The notes: generated by a model from the sequence alone, not told the origin. 64,000 bases of DNA from Macrostomum lignano (GCA_002269645.1 NIVC01003898.1:1-64000); one strand, 5' to 3'. Positions 45,562 to 59,938 are shown, numbered from the stretch's first letter. Numbers and translations are program-made.

Positions 45562-45975
45562 CTAATGATCAATTTGGGATTCTAATGACCAATTTGGCAT
45601 CCCAATGACTAACAATTTAGAATCCTAATGACCAATTTGGGATCCCAATGACCAATTTGGCATCCCAATGACTAACAATTTAGAATCCTAATGACCAATT
45701 TGGGATCCCAATGACCAATTTGGCATCCCAGTGACCAACAATTTGGAATCCTAATGACCAATTTGGAATCCCAATGACCAATTTGGGATCCTAATGACCA
45801 ATTTGGAATCCTATAATGACCAATTTGGAACCCTAATGACCAACAATTTGGGAACCTAATGACCAAAAATTTGGAATCCCAATGACCAATTTGGAATCCC
45901 AATGACCAATTTGGCATCCCAATGACCAATTTGGCATCCCAATGACCAATTTGGCACCATATGACCAATTGAGCA
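45562..45975. repeat. ~20-bp minisatellite (tggaatcctaatgaccaatt), right part
   Basis: Same unit as 44185-44363. Confidence 0.9.
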
Positions 45976-46779
45976 TCCTACTTAGTCGCAGATAAAATGA
46001 AAGCTTAGACGCCAGCTTTTCAAGTACTAAATAATCTTCCTATCTAATAAATCATCCCTGTGCACTTACTCTCAAGCGCTCAAACTGACTTCAGTCACAG
46101 GAATGAAATTTGCAGGCCAGTTCGTACTTGCAAGTCCCCAGGACCTCCTGGGGTGCTGCTGCGACATAATTTCTGCTAAGACAAGATTTGGATTAATCAA
46201 AGTGCCACATCTATAAAAGAAATTGCTTGGCCAGCTTCCATAGTGCCGGTTTTTAATCTAAAAATCTACTTTCGCGGTTGTTTTTGGCTTTTGTTTAGTT
46301 CTTTGCTTGTCAAGAAGAGACTTGCGTCAAAGGGGGCAAGAAATTGTGGACAGCTTCACCATGGACTACTAAAATTGCAGCTTTCTGATGCAGTCATGGA
46401 CCACTAAAATTGCATCCCTGTGATACAGTCATTGTGATACTAAATTGCCGCCTCGTAATTCAGTCATAGCCTGCTAAAATCGAGTACACAGAAATGAGTG
46501 GCAAAAAATGAATGGCTCATTTTACAGTTCCTCTCGCTAACGTAAGTTCACTTATCAGTCTGTTTAACAAATTTTTCAGTTGGTAGAAAACCGTTGTTTC
46601 ATAACTAAGGCTAAATATTTGATAGCAGCTATGCCATTGTGTACTCGGGTTAAGCGCCTTTAACAGAAAACCTCTCGCTGTCCCCCAGGTTAAGCAACAG
46701 AGTCATTGGTTGCTTCTGTAACGTGAAAAGAAGGCCCACGGGTCATGCATCATAGCCTAAATCATTAGTTCAGAGGGCG

Positions 46780-48042
46780 CCATTTCATCTGAGGGGAGAG
46801 TCATTTCATCTGAGGGGAGAGTCATTCATCTGAGGGGAGAGTCATTCATCTGAGGGGAGAGTCATTTCATCTGAGGGGAGAGTCATTTCATCTGAGGGGA
46901 GAGTCATTTTATCTGAGGGGAGAGTCATTTCATCTGAGGGGAGAGTCATTCATCTGAGGGGAGAGTCATTTCATCTGAGGGGAGAGTCATTTTATCTGAG
47001 AGGAGAGTCATTTCATCTGAGAGGAGAGTCATTTCATCTGAGGGGAGAGTCATTTCATCTGAGGGGAGAGTCATTTTATCTGAGGGGAGAGTCATTTTAT
47101 CTGAGGGGAGAGTCATTCATCTGAGGGGAGAGTCATTTCATCTGAGGGGAGAGTCATTTTATCTGAGGGGAGAGTCATTCATCTGAGGGGAGAGTCATTT
47201 CATCTGAGGGGAGAGTCATTCATCTGAGGGGAGAGTCATTTCATCTGAGGGGATAGTCATTTCATCTGAGGGGAGAGTCATTTCATCTGAGGGGAGAGTC
47301 ATTTTATCTGAGGGGAGAGTCATTCATCTGAGGGGAGAGTCATTTTATCTGAGGGGAGAGTCATTCATCTGAGGGGAGAGTCATTTCATCTGAGGGGATA
47401 GTCATTTCATCTGAGGGGAGAGTCATTTCATCTGAGGGGAGAGTCACTTTATCTGAGGGGAGAGTCATTTCATCTGAGGGGAGAGTCATTTCATCTGAGA
47501 GGAGAGTCATTTTATCTGAAGTGAGAGTCATTTCATCTGAGGGGAGAGTCATTTCATCTGAGGCGAGAGTCATTTTATCTGAGGGGAGAGTCATTCATCT
47601 GAGGGGAGAGTCATTTTATCTGAAGTGAGAGTCATTTCATCTGAAGTGAGAGTCATTTCATCTGAGGGGAGAGTCATTTTATCTGAGGGGAGAGTCATTC
47701 ATCTGAGGGGAGAGTCATTTCATCTGAGGGGAGAGTCATTTCATCTGAGGGGAGAGTCATTTTATCTGAGGGGAGAGTCATTTCATCTGAGGGGAGAGTC
47801 ATTTTATCTGAGGGAAGAGTCATTTCATCTGAGGGGAGAGTCATTTTATCTGAGGGGAGAGTCATTTTATCTGAGAGGAGAGTCATTTCATCTGAGGGGA
47901 GAGTCATTTCATCTGAGGGGAGAGTCATTTCATCTGAGGGGAGAGTCATTTTATCTGAGGGGAGAGTCATTTCATCTGAGGGGAGAGTCATTTTATCTGA
48001 GGGGAGAGTCATTTTATCTGAGAGGAGAGTCATTTCATCTGT
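46780..48042. repeat. 21-bp minisatellite (tcatttcatctgaggggagag), about 60 copies
   Basis: Directly visible; lies in GPCR intron 3. Confidence 0.96.
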
Positions 48043-48123
48043 CATCGAGTGAGGTAGGCAAAATTGCGTAAGAAAAAGAACTCAAAGCCAATCAATACAG
48101 CTTGCTTAATTCAAACAGCTCAC

Positions 48124-48447
48124 TTTCTAAGAAACTCCTCCTGCTGAGCGGTTCGCCTGCTCAGCTTGGCTGCCACGAGCCCGTAGCAGACGGTGATGAA
48201 GGCCAGAGGAGCGGCGTACAGCAGGCAGAAGATCACGCCAATTTGGTAGCCCTGTGTGACCGATTCTGTCATATTGTTGACGCACCACAGATACAGGGTG
48301 CGGTTGTCCGGACTGATAATGGTTGTATCATAGTTGAAGGCCCAGGGCAGCAGCAGCAACAGGCCGTAGATCCAAATGCAGGCCAGGATTACGATGGATT
48401 GTTTCTTGGAGAAGTGTCGCCTCAGCGGGTGGCACACGGCCAGGAAC
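48124..48447 (-). CDS. Neuropeptide GPCR exon 3 (ICL2, TM4, ECL2, TM5)
   Basis: (R)FLAVCHPLRR...IWIYGLLLLLPW...LWCVNN...LLYAAPLAFITVCYGLV. Flanked by cttcAG and GTgagc; phases are compatible with both neighbouring exons. Confidence 0.92.
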
Positions 48448-48540
48448 CTGAAGTGTTGGGGTTGGTTGATGTTTCTTAATGATAGCCAAGGACAACTGAG
48501 GCATTTGAAGGCTGGTGTTTTTCAAACAGATTTTGCAAGT

Positions 48541-48835
48541 GGGTCCGTAGCCCAGTGGTCTAGCGCGGCGCTCTCCAGCGGCCCAGGCTCGATTCCAAGT
48601 GCAGTCCCATTAATTTGGAGCTGAATTGGAATCTCGGCTTGGCTCTGCTCGTGAAATTAATGCCATTGAGGCCCAACCCCCCAAGGCACAGTGAAGTGTA
48701 CATGCCTAACGATAAATAAAGTTAGGGCCGCTGTACACTCCTGTGTGAGTGTGTGCCTGTGCGTATGACTGCGTACGTATCCGCGCGCTTGTGTGCCTGC
48801 TCAGGGGAGTCGGCGGAATGAGCAGCAGTTTTTCG
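48541..48835 (+). mobile_element. tRNA-derived SINE, family A, copy 2
   Basis: gggtccgTAGCCCAGTGGtctagcgc...GGCTCGATTCC (A and B boxes). Body is highly similar to 15465-15755 in reverse. Confidence 0.82.
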
Positions 48836-48933
48836 GTATCACTTTCAATGTCGCCTAATAATAATAATAATTGATTACCTGCCCTAATGGGTAGATGTGC
48901 AACCGACAGCTCAGCCGCAGCTATTGCTGAGTT

Positions 48934-49135
48934 CGGCTGTTCAGTCCAAGGACTGGGGGGGTCGCCACGCACACACTCAATTACCCCAGCTAGTGCTGGC
49001 ACCCATTTTACAGCTGGGTGAACTGAAGCAATGCAGAGTTATGTGTCTTGCTTAAGGACACAAATTGTTCCAGTGGGATCGGGAATCGAACCCCCGACCT
49101 TCAGTTCATGAATCCAACCACTAGTCTACAACCCC
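48934..49135 (-). mobile_element. tRNA-derived CORE-type SINE, family B, copy 2
   Basis: Minus strand TGTGTCCTTAAGCAAGACACATAACTCTGCATTGCTTCAGTTCACCCAGCTGTAAAATGGG aligns colinearly to the MIR CORE consensus as I recall it. B-box gggggttcgattcc lies upstream. Confidence 0.75.
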
Positions 49136-49744
49136 CACAATGACGCTTAAAGACAAAATTTTTGCGCAAGGGGCCATTGATATAGAATTTCTGGCAAAAG
49201 TACATCCATGTCTGACAATAATCTACAAAAGCGACATTGTTGTCAGAAAAATTGTTCCAAGGTATAGTGCTGAACGATAACTAGAAGGCAGACATGGCAT
49301 GTATTTTTTGTTAACATTCTGCTGTCGCTTTTGTTAGCGAATTGCCGAAAAACAAATGCTTTTTCGTTAAATGGATTGTCTTTCTTAGAAGATCCGTTGA
49401 CATCGGGGATGCTGTTTTGGAAGCCAGCCACTTTCACCCTCAAAATGTATGTTTTCTTTGCTATCTGTCTGCAACTTATTTTAGTGTCCATTTTGTTAAA
49501 GTAAGCTGGCTCAGCGCCAATGCTGATATACGACGTAGTTACAAAGGTTTGCTGATGGCAAAATAATTCAATTAGTTAGAAAATCTGGGATGAGGTAGCC
49601 GGGCAGCTGATCCAGGAGAAGTAGATAGTAAGACTAGGTGAATCAACATATGTATGTAGAGTAAAAATGGTGAATAGTAATGGTCGTTGAAGTAGATAAA
49701 ATAGACAGTTTTAGAAGGTAAGGTAAGTAAGTTAGACCAGTTAG

Positions 49745-50390
49745 AGTAGCTGAAGTCTGTAGGGTAGACACAGTAGGGTAGCTGAAGTCTGTAGGGTAGA
49801 CACAGTAGGGTAGCTGAAGTCTGTAGGGTAGACACAGTAGGGTAGCTGAAGTCTGTAGGGTAGACACAGTAGGGTAGCTGAAGTCTGTAGGGTAGACACA
49901 GTAGGGTAGCTGAAGTCTGTAGGTTAGACACAGTAGGGTCGCTGAAGTCTGTAGGGTAGACACAGTAGGGTAGCTGAAGTCTGTAGGTTAGACACAGTAG
50001 GGTCGCTGAAGTCTGTAGGGTAGACACAGTAGGGTCGCTGAAGTCTGTAGGTTAGACACAGTAGGGTAGCTGAAGTCTGTAGGTTAGACACAGTAGGGTC
50101 GCTGAAGTCTGTAGGTTAGACACAGTAGGGTAGCTGAAATCTGTAGGTTAGACACGGTAGGGTAGCTGAAGTCTGTAGGAATTAGACACAGTAGGGTAGC
50201 TGAAATCTGTAGGTTAGATACAGTAGGGTAGCTGAAGTCTGTAGGTTAGACACAGTAGGGTAGCTGAAATCTGTAGGTTAGACACGGTAGGGTAGCTGAA
50301 GTCTGTAGGAATTAGACACAGTCGGGTAGCTGAAATCTGTAGGGTAGACACAGTATGGTAGCTGAAGTCTGTAGGGTAGACACAGTAGAC
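49745..50390. repeat. 32-bp minisatellite (tagctgaagtctgtagggtagacacagtaggg)
   Basis: About 20 units. Confidence 0.95.
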
Positions 50391-50834
50391 AGCCTGGGTA
50401 GATAGAGTTCAGGCAGTATAAATATCTTCTCCCACACAAGAAGCCGCAAAAATTGCATGGCCAAGCGATTACTTTCAGTTCTCCCCCATTCAATTAGTCG
50501 AATTTCGACTATCTCATTTGTTTTAATTAGTTGAAGAAAACAGTCACGGAAGCACTGCTTAAACCACGAATTGGTTGCTGTCAAGTTGAGACCCCTTGGC
50601 GTCAACTGAGCAGGGATCTCTCATTCTTATTAACTCTTCACTGCTCATTTTTGTTGCAAATTGGCCTGTTTGGGGATGGCTCATTTTCTGCTGATTGAGC
50701 AGGCAGCATCAATTGAGAAGGCGAGCTCACAAATACTTCTTATTTAATGCATGAGCTTTGCGCACAGAGTGTGTACCCGGTTGAAAAGTACATTTCAGTG
50801 GGTTGAAAAATATTTTGGTAAATACATCATAAGT

Positions 50835-51100
50835 GACTTCAATCACTCATATTCATTCGGTCACTCTATTAGAATCACTCACACTCAGTCTGTCACTATA
50901 GTAGAATCACTCACACTCAGTTTGTCACTCTATTAGAATCACTCTCACTCAGTCTGTCACTCTATCAGAATCACTCACACTCAGTCTGTCAATCCATTAG
51001 AATCACTCACACTCAGTCTGTCACTCTATTAGAATCACTCTCACTCAGTCTGTCACTCTATTAGAATCACTCACACTCAGTCTGTCACTCTCACTCTAGA
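50835..51100. repeat. 32-bp minisatellite (tattagaatcactcacactcagtctgtcactc)
   Basis: About 8 units. Confidence 0.9.
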
Positions 51101-51161
51101 ATTACTGATGGATGATTTTTTTCCTAAAAATAATACAACGATTATCTGTCGCTCAACTGAC

Positions 51162-51261
51162 CTGTCGAACGCGATGAAGCTCAAGGTGGTAACTGAGGCG
51201 GCAACCGCAACGCCCTGCAGGTAGGGCAGTGCCTTGCATAGGGTCCGGCCGACCATCCAGT
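51162..51261 (-). CDS. Neuropeptide GPCR exon 2 (ECL1, TM3)
   Basis: 100 nt, (N)WMVGRTLCKALPYLQGVAVAASVTTLSFIAFD(R). Flanked by ctgcAG and GTcagt; phases 1 and 2 fit the neighbours. Not in the ORF track. Confidence 0.92.
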
Positions 51262-51354
51262 CTGCAGTGGAAGAAAGTTCGAGGGTAGCAAGTCTGAACT
51301 CGAAATCCTCCAGTGAGCAAATTCGAAAGAAATGCTCACCAATGTTCGGCAGTC

Positions 51355-51632
51355 TACTTCTCTCTAGTCTCTGCTCTGTCTACTTCCCTATCTACTCGGT
51401 CTACTTCCCTATCTACTCTGACTATTTCCCTATCTTCTCTGGCTATCTACTCGGTCTACTTCCCTATATACTCTGTCTACTTCCATATATACTCTGACTA
51501 TTTCCCTATCTACTCTGGCTACTTCCCTATATACTCTGTCTACTTCCCTATCTACTCTGACTACTTCCCTATCTACTCTGACTACTTCCCTCTCTACTCT
51601 GTCTACTTCCATCCCTACACTGTCTACTTCTT
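51355..51632. repeat. 21-bp minisatellite (ctacttccctatctactctgt)
   Basis: About 13 diverged units. Confidence 0.88.
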
Positions 51633-51967
51633 TTGTCCCCTAATCTTATTAAGGACGTTTTCCATTTCTTTCTAGGCAAATGAATAGAAAACCGGCTCTG
51701 TGCCTTGCCTTAGGAACTTGGCTAGCTAGTCAATTGTCAGCTCAAACCCCCATTTAGGCAACACTGTTACCCTCTGGTGAGTGACACTTTTGTTCGGAAA
51801 AGCTTTGCTCCGATATGTCAAGTGGCGAGAGAGCGACTGACTACAGAGCTCAATTTGCAGCCGCAAACAGCTGTGACGCTTAGTTTAGAGTATGTTCAAG
51901 TGAAAAATGCTTTGCAAATAGCAGTAGGCGAGAAAGAGTTTCAGCTTTCCTATGGGTACGAATTTAT

Positions 51968-52860
<893 letters not shown>

Positions 52861-53290
52861 ATTGAATTATCAAATGAAAAGCAAGCTAGGATTAGCGGAG
52901 ATTCGGTGACGAGCAGATGGCAGGGAATCGAAGGTTAGAAAGCCCAGACAATTAGACCGCGTCAGTGCATTCGGTACCCTCAAATTATTTGATTTCGGAT
53001 TATTAGACAGATTAAGAAGATTTACGTAAGCAGATAGAAATGCTGAAAAGAAAATGATGATAAGACGGGTTCAGGCGGGAGAGAAGGCGGCAGCCATGCC
53101 ACAAGCTCCTGCATCTGCTGAGTCTCTTCTTTAAGGTATGCGACACCACGCTTGCAGTGCTGTGCTTATCGATCTGCTTTGCTTGCATGTTAACTTCTTC
53201 CCAGTCTCTCACCTTGTACAAATACTTCTCTAAGGGTTGTCCATGAAGAGCCAGTCAGTAGTGGGACAAGTCGAGAGTCATATAGCGATT

Positions 53291-53324
<34 letters not shown>

Positions 53325-53399
53325 TAGAAAGACTGAAATCGAGAGCTTATTAGTGTAGATATTTGAAATCTGGTAGATAAATGCAGAGGCGAATAAAGT

Positions 53400-53945
53400 A
53401 ATGACAGAACAGATAGACAGATTAGAGAAAATATGCTGAAATTAGAGAATAGACATAGAGATTTGAGAATAGATTGAGAGATTAGAGAATAGGCAGAGAG
53501 ATTAGAGAATAGACAGATACATTAAAGAAAAGATAGAGAGATTAGAAAATAGATAGAGAGATAAGAGAAAAGATAGAGAGATTAGAGATTAGACAGAGAG
53601 ATTAGAGAATAGACAGAGAGATTTGAGAATAGAAAGATAGATTTGAGAATAGAAAAAGAGATTTGAGAATAGACAGAGAGATTAGAGAATAGACAGAGAG
53701 ATTTGAGAATAGACAGAGAGATTTGAGAATAGACAGAGAGATTAGAGAATAGACAGAGAGATTTGAGAATAGACAGAGAGATTAGAGAATACACAGATAG
53801 ATTAGAGAATAGAAATAGAGATTAGAGAATAGAAATAGAGATTAGAGAATAGACAGAGAGATTAGAGAATAGACAGATACATTAGAGAAAAGATAGAGAG
53901 ATTAGAGAATAGACAGAGAGATTAGAGAATAGACAGATAGATTGC
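53400..53945. repeat. 20-bp minisatellite (gattagagaatagacagaga)
   Basis: Directly visible. Confidence 0.9.
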
Positions 53946-54317
53946 AGAGCCAAGAGGACCAAGCACTAGGAAATAACGAGGATTATAACATGCATTTCAT
54001 GTTGGAATAAATTTTCTAAATTCCATTCCACCAAAAGCCATGCAGCTTCTACGGACCGCAGTTCTTTTCGGCGTAGCTTATTAGCTAAAATTACATTTTT
54101 TGAAGAAAACTGGCCATATGTCTTTCTGAAAACCCCAATAGGATTATAATCCCAAATGCATTAGCTGCGAAAGAGCCTTTTCTTGGGCTGGAAACAGGAA
54201 GAAGTGAATTTCTGCAGTTTTTTTATTCGCAGTGCCCGGGGCCATCTGTTGTTTGCCAATCTAATACCGCAGTCCCCAGTTCTGTTCCATTGATAAATAC
54301 GTCTTGCTATGCTACTG

Positions 54318-55135
54318 CCTCTTACACTATGTCACTCCCTCTTACACTATGTCACTCTCTCTTACCCTATGTCACTCTCTCTTACACTATGTCACTCTCT
54401 CTTACACTATATCATTCTCCCTTACCCTATGTCACTCTCCCTTACACTATGTCACTCTTTCTTACACTATGTCACTCTCCCTTACCCTATGTCACTCTCC
54501 CTTACACTATGTCACTCTCCCTTACACTATGTCACTCTCTCTTACACTATGTCACTCTCTCTTACACTATGTCACTCTCCCTCGCACTATGTCACTCTCC
54601 CTCGCACTATGTCACTCTCCCTCGCACTATGTCACTCTCCCTCGCACTATGTCACTCTCCCTCGCACTATGTCACTCTCCCTCGCACTATGTCACTCTCC
54701 CTCGTACTATGTCACTCTCCCTCGCACTATGTCACTCTCCGTGACACTATTTCGCTCTCTCTCGCAATATTTCACTCTCTCTGTCTTACACTATGTCACT
54801 CTAACTCGCACTATGTCACTCTACCTCGCAGTATGGCATTCTCCGTCACACTATGTCACTCTACGTCTCGCACTATGCCACTCTCCGTCACACTATGTCA
54901 CTTTCCGTCCCACTATGTCACTTTCCGTCCCACTATGTCACTTTCCGTCACACTTTTTCACTCTCCGTCACACTATGCCACTCTCACTCTCCATCACACT
55001 ATGTCACTTTCCGTCACACTATGTCACTTTCCGTCACACTAGGTCACTATTTGTCACACTATGCCACTCTCCCTCACACTTTGTCACTTTCCGTCACACT
55101 ATGTCACTCCCCGTCTCACCATGTCACTGTGGCAC
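54318..55135. repeat. 20-bp minisatellite (cttacactatgtcactctcc) with gradual unit drift
   Basis: The variant changes along the array from cttac to ctcgc to cgtca. Confidence 0.93.
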
Positions 55136-56056
55136 TGTACATTAGGCGGTGAAAGAAAGTTCTTCCATTTCGATCTACTTTAGCTGGGCAGACAGGAGAT
55201 TTCGCAGAAACCAGCGGTTTTTTTTCATTCTAAGCATCGGTTTTTATAACTTCATTTCAAAAGCCATCCGAGAAAAACTCTACTTCAGCTCTCACTTCCT
55301 TGAGCCATGGTTTCTTTCCTGCAGTCCCAGTTTCACGAAGGACAGGGGAGACTGCCGGTCTTGATTGATTTGATCGCCGCGCCCGAGTGACACTCGCGAT
55401 CTGCTGGCTGCTTCTATGTGACGAGTTTTTCCTATTAACAATCGCCGGGAGTGTTGGCAAAGCAAAAAAAAGTATACCAGAGGCGGAGCCTAATAGTGTA
55501 AATATTAAATTTGCTCCTCTAACAGCTTCGGAAAAGTTTGAAAACTGCAAATAGAAAAAGCCAGGTTACTTGAAGAAGACGTAGCAGCTCCGTAAACTAA
55601 TTGTACAAAATCCTGACAGAAGTCAAATGCACACAAAGAAGACAGTTCACAACAATGCCAGAAGCCATGAGGCTTCTCATGAGAAGCCATGAGAGGGAGA
55701 AAAAAATGTCAACTGAAAAACAGGAAGTGAAAGACGGAAAGTGCAGGTGCGGTGTGACTGAGAACTGTCAACCTAGCGACTGGGGCTGCTGACATGCGGC
55801 AGGTAGTAGCTATGGCACTTCAGCTCAGAGTAAAGATTCTTCTGCAATATGTCTTTTTCTGTCCTTTTTAGCATTTCCATAGAATATTGAGCTGTCGATA
55901 GACTTTATAACCCATTGTGTGTGCCGATTTTTTGACGCATTTTGTCTTTCAGTTTTGATTTCTAGTAGAAGATGTTAGGGTCAGGGTCTAGCAGTTGGTT
56001 ACTGAGCACCCATTCACTAAAATATCTAAGAATCAAACCGGACGCATGAGATTCAA

Positions 56057-56385
56057 CACCAGGGGCTTTAGCACCAGGGGCTTTAGCACCAGGGGCTTTA
56101 GCACCAGGGGCTTTAGCACCAGGGGCTTTAGCACCAGGGGCTTTAGCACCAGGGGCTTTAGCACCAGGGGCTTTAGCACCAGGGGCTTTAGCACCAGGGG
56201 CTTTAGCACCAGGGGCGCCAGCACCAGGGGCCTTAGCACCAGGGGCGCCAGCACCAGGGGCCCAGCACCAGGGGCGCCAGCACCAGGGGCGCCAGCACCA
56301 GGGGCGCCAGCACCAGGGGCTTTAGCACCAGGGGCGCCAGCACCAGGGGCTACGGCACCAAAGGCGCCAGCACCAGGGGCCTCAA
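56057..56385. repeat. 15-bp minisatellite (agcaccaggggcttt / agcaccaggggcgcc)
   Basis: Reverse complement of the family at 19364-19755. Confidence 0.95.
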
Positions 56386-57060
56386 AGCTGCTTTCTCTCT
56401 GTAAAGAGCGCCTATATTTTGCCAGCTCTATTGAGGTGGGGGCGGCCCTCCTTGCCCTTGTTCCGGGCTTCGCCCTGAGCGAGCCTTACGAATGTGTGAT
56501 ACGGAAGAAATATTCGATTGAAGGCTCCTTCTGAGACAGCAAAGTATTTAAAACGAAATTCTAGGTTAAGTTCACTGTAATGCAGTTTCGATAACTTTTA
56601 TGATGAAAAGGCAGTTCACAAGTTTGATGTTTAAAAATTTCGAAGACATCATGAGGACAGTGTAGATGAGACGAATCAAGACAAAGTTCGCACGAAGCTC
56701 AGCTACTACGAGAGTATTGGGGGGAGGGTTAAGCTTCTCATCTAATAGCAAATTCCTGTATGAATCCCGACGCCCGCCTCATCATTTCTCCGGTGGACAG
56801 ATTCCTTAATAATTTAGTTCATATCCCCAACGGAGAAGAGACTGGGAGCCAAAGACGGTCCAGGAGATGGGGTAGAGTTTAATGAGGCCGAGCATCCTCT
56901 CTTGTCCAAGCAGTTTTGTCAATTTTAGTCTTGAACCTGCGTCAGACTGAGTAAGTAAGAAAAGCTATGAGCACAGATTTTCTCTGCCAAAAAGACGTTT
57001 GTTGGAGAAAGTAGTCAGAGTGTGCAATGTCAGTAATCCTTCACTATCTATTGCTTGAGT

Positions 57061-57063
<3 letters not shown>

Positions 57064-57113
<50 letters not shown>

Positions 57114-57127
57114 GAGAGAGAGGGGGG

Positions 57128-57160
<33 letters not shown>

Positions 57161-57218
57161 GTAGAGAGAGAGTGAGGGAGAGGGGGAGAGAGGGAGAGGG
57201 AGAGAGATAGAGGGGTAT

Positions 57219-57281
<63 letters not shown>

Positions 57282-57350
57282 GAGAGAGAGAGGTAGAGAG
57301 AGAGTGAGAGAGAGAGGGAGAGAGGGAGAGGGAGAGAGAGAGAGAGGGAG
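57064..57350. repeat. (GA)n microsatellite
   Basis: Directly visible. Confidence 0.95.
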
Positions 57351-59214
57351 ATGAGATTCAAAAGTGAAAGTGCACTCTCGTACTTTTGGCAGCGAGAACA
57401 AACGACCCCCAAAAGTGTCTCGTGGGTCCAATAAACGCATATTATAAGAGGCAAGCAAGATCGATGCGTTAACCATCTTATAGAATAAAGTGTCAGGGCA
57501 CTGTCTGCGTGTGTGTCCTCATCCTCAGGAGAAAGCCGGCTGGCATGTAGGTCGATTTTAATATTGCTTTTTTTCAGGCCAGATACTCCTGGGCCTCCTG
57601 CCGACATGGCCGCGCTGATGAAGGACAAAGTGACGCGGACTTCGCCGGCTCAGCAAAGTTATTGCAAAGAAACATTGCTCCAAGGGCCAAGCTTATTTGC
57701 ATTGCTGAAGACAGACCGCTAATTTGGCCTAATAGGATATTCTGACTAATGATTTTAAAGGCACTCATTTGCAAGTTTCTTTCAATATTGGTCCCAGAGC
57801 GCTCTTTTTTAACGTTTTGTGCCTCAACTTTACGAAGGTCGAAATTTGAAACTCTTCTTGCCCCCCCCCCTGTATGAACCAATGTACTTTTCCAGTCATT
57901 TTCAAGCCTCAATTTGGATTTTTACAACCATCTTTGGTCCGTCATTATATTACCTTTAATCCCCATTTTTCCTTATTTACTTAAATATCCCATAATTAGC
58001 ATTGTGACATCGAGAATACCTACACAGACAAAACCTGTTTTTTTTAACATTCCCTAATCTTAAAACTCGAGCCACAAATTCCTAATAAGGTTATTTTTGG
58101 CCAGCTAAGATAACCAATTTGCATAAGCCGCATCGAGCTGGCTTCTTAAGCTGCTATTCGCGTCACAGGTGTCACCTGAAATTTTGTGCATTAATTAGCA
58201 AAATTGTTGGCTCATGTCGGGGCCTCTGCGTCTTGTTGGTCAAAGATCATCAATTAGTCTCAGATCTTGGCAAACACCGAGTTTCCCTGAATTGGAAATT
58301 ATTGTCTTGTTTTTTGCCCCGTAGTTACCCCATAGCAAACGAACTCACACAGGGTGTTGCCCCAACACCTACCGCTCAATCTGACACTGTAGATTATTGT
58401 TGCTAATGTCAAAGAAATGAACTCTGACACTAAGTTAACTAAGCTCATTCATTGAAGTAAGATATTGCTGATTGGTTAACTTCTTTAAATGCTCAGCAGA
58501 TTCAGTCCTAACCCATACGACCTGAGAATTTCCCTGCAACAATATAATCTCTTTGGTGCGCGGACAGCTGCCAACTCGACCGAGTCATTCATTTTTTAGC
58601 ATGCCAGATTTGTCAGAAGGAATCTCGTTTGATCGCGTATTGAGAGAGAGAGAGAAATTTTTATTTTGTCCACGACTGAAGTACTCGCGCCTTTGTGACA
58701 GGAACGTCACAAAAGAGCGGCTATAAAGCTCCTGCTTCACTTGCTTCTAGACTAGATTCCTCTCAAATAGCCTTATTGATGAGCCTTGAAGCAGCTTGGT
58801 ACACGGGTCTAATAGCGCTTGTCAGAGAAAAGCAGCTAGCTAGGGATCAATCGGACTCTTTGTGCTCAAATGAATAACCTTTTTGCCTAAGCTGGTATGC
58901 GACCGACTGCTTTATAAAGATCTCTCAAGAAATATTTGTAGAGCGAGTAGCTTGAACGGGAGGCTCATCAAGTCCTACCGACTTTCTCTCAAATATTTCC
59001 CCGAAAGTTGTCTGCCTCCATTTCACGGTTGGACTGGCAACAGCTTGAAGGACTGCATAGTGACGGTAAAGCATCAGTTTTCCACGCTGGATACTCGTAA
59101 ATGAAAAATTGTCTTTTTCTAGGATTGCGACTGCTTCAGTCTCAACTTTATTTCAGGGGCACCTGGGACTGCAGGGATTGAAGCTGACCATGAGTGCCTG
59201 GAGGTATTCACCTA

Positions 59215-59460
59215 CCAGATCATCCCTTCACCTACTTGATCACCCATTCACCTACTTGCTCACCCGTTCACCTACTTGATCACCCATTCACCTACTTGAT
59301 GACCCATTCACCTACCTGATCACTCATTCACCTACTTGATGACCCATTCACCTACCTGATCACCCATTCACCTACTTGATGACCCATTCACCTACCTGAT
59401 CACCCGTTTACTTAATTGATCACCCACTCACCCACTTAATCATTTACCTATTCGATCACT
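59215..59460. repeat. 20-bp minisatellite (cacctacttgatcacccatt)
   Basis: About 12 units. Confidence 0.88.
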
Positions 59461-59673
59461 CAAACCAGCCCCAGACCCGAGTTTCCAAATAAATGGGGCG
59501 AATGTGGGAATCGAACCCATGAGCCTGGATATGACCTAACCCCAAAATTTCTCTATCTATGTACGCTAAGTAGCTCGCTCAGAACCCGGTTACTTTTAAA
59601 TTCAATCAACTAAAAGCAAACCAGTTAATTTTACAGATGAAAAACAGAACAGCATGATCGAGTCTAATCTCAC

Positions 59674-59938
59674 TGGTAAAGGTGCTCGAGATCAGATTCA
59701 ACGGCAGGCAGAAAATAGCAACCAGTGTGTCTGCTGTGCTCAAATTGCAGATAAAATAATTAATCGCCGTGTGCATCGAGGGTATCCTGTAGACGGTTGC
59801 TATGACAACAACGTTACCGATGATTGACAGAGTGAATACCACGGTGTAGGCCAGCGAGAGAAATGCAAGCATTGGCGGTGTCTGCTTGAGCTCCCACATG
59901 TTCGACGCTTCCAAAGGGGCGCTGTCGTTAGTGTCCAT
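59674..59938 (-). CDS. Neuropeptide GPCR exon 1 (N-terminus, TM1-TM2); RFamide/SIFamide/NPFF/orexin-receptor-like class A GPCR
   Basis: MDTNDSAP...AYTVVFTLSIIGNVVVI...MHTAINYFICNLSTADTLVAIFCLP. Donor GTgaga, phase 1. Five exons total 1269 nt (422 aa). Confidence 0.9.

Noticed and set aside
42730-48071. CQDCKD, CVRTAVK, GIPNWSL and MTLPSDE ORFs
   Set aside because: Satellite translations within GPCR intron 3; the Cys-rich appearance is not a metallothionein or zinc finger.
53012-53260. Short minus-strand ORF vaguely like a retroelement endonuclease C-terminus
   Set aside because: No diagnostic motif; too short to call by eye.
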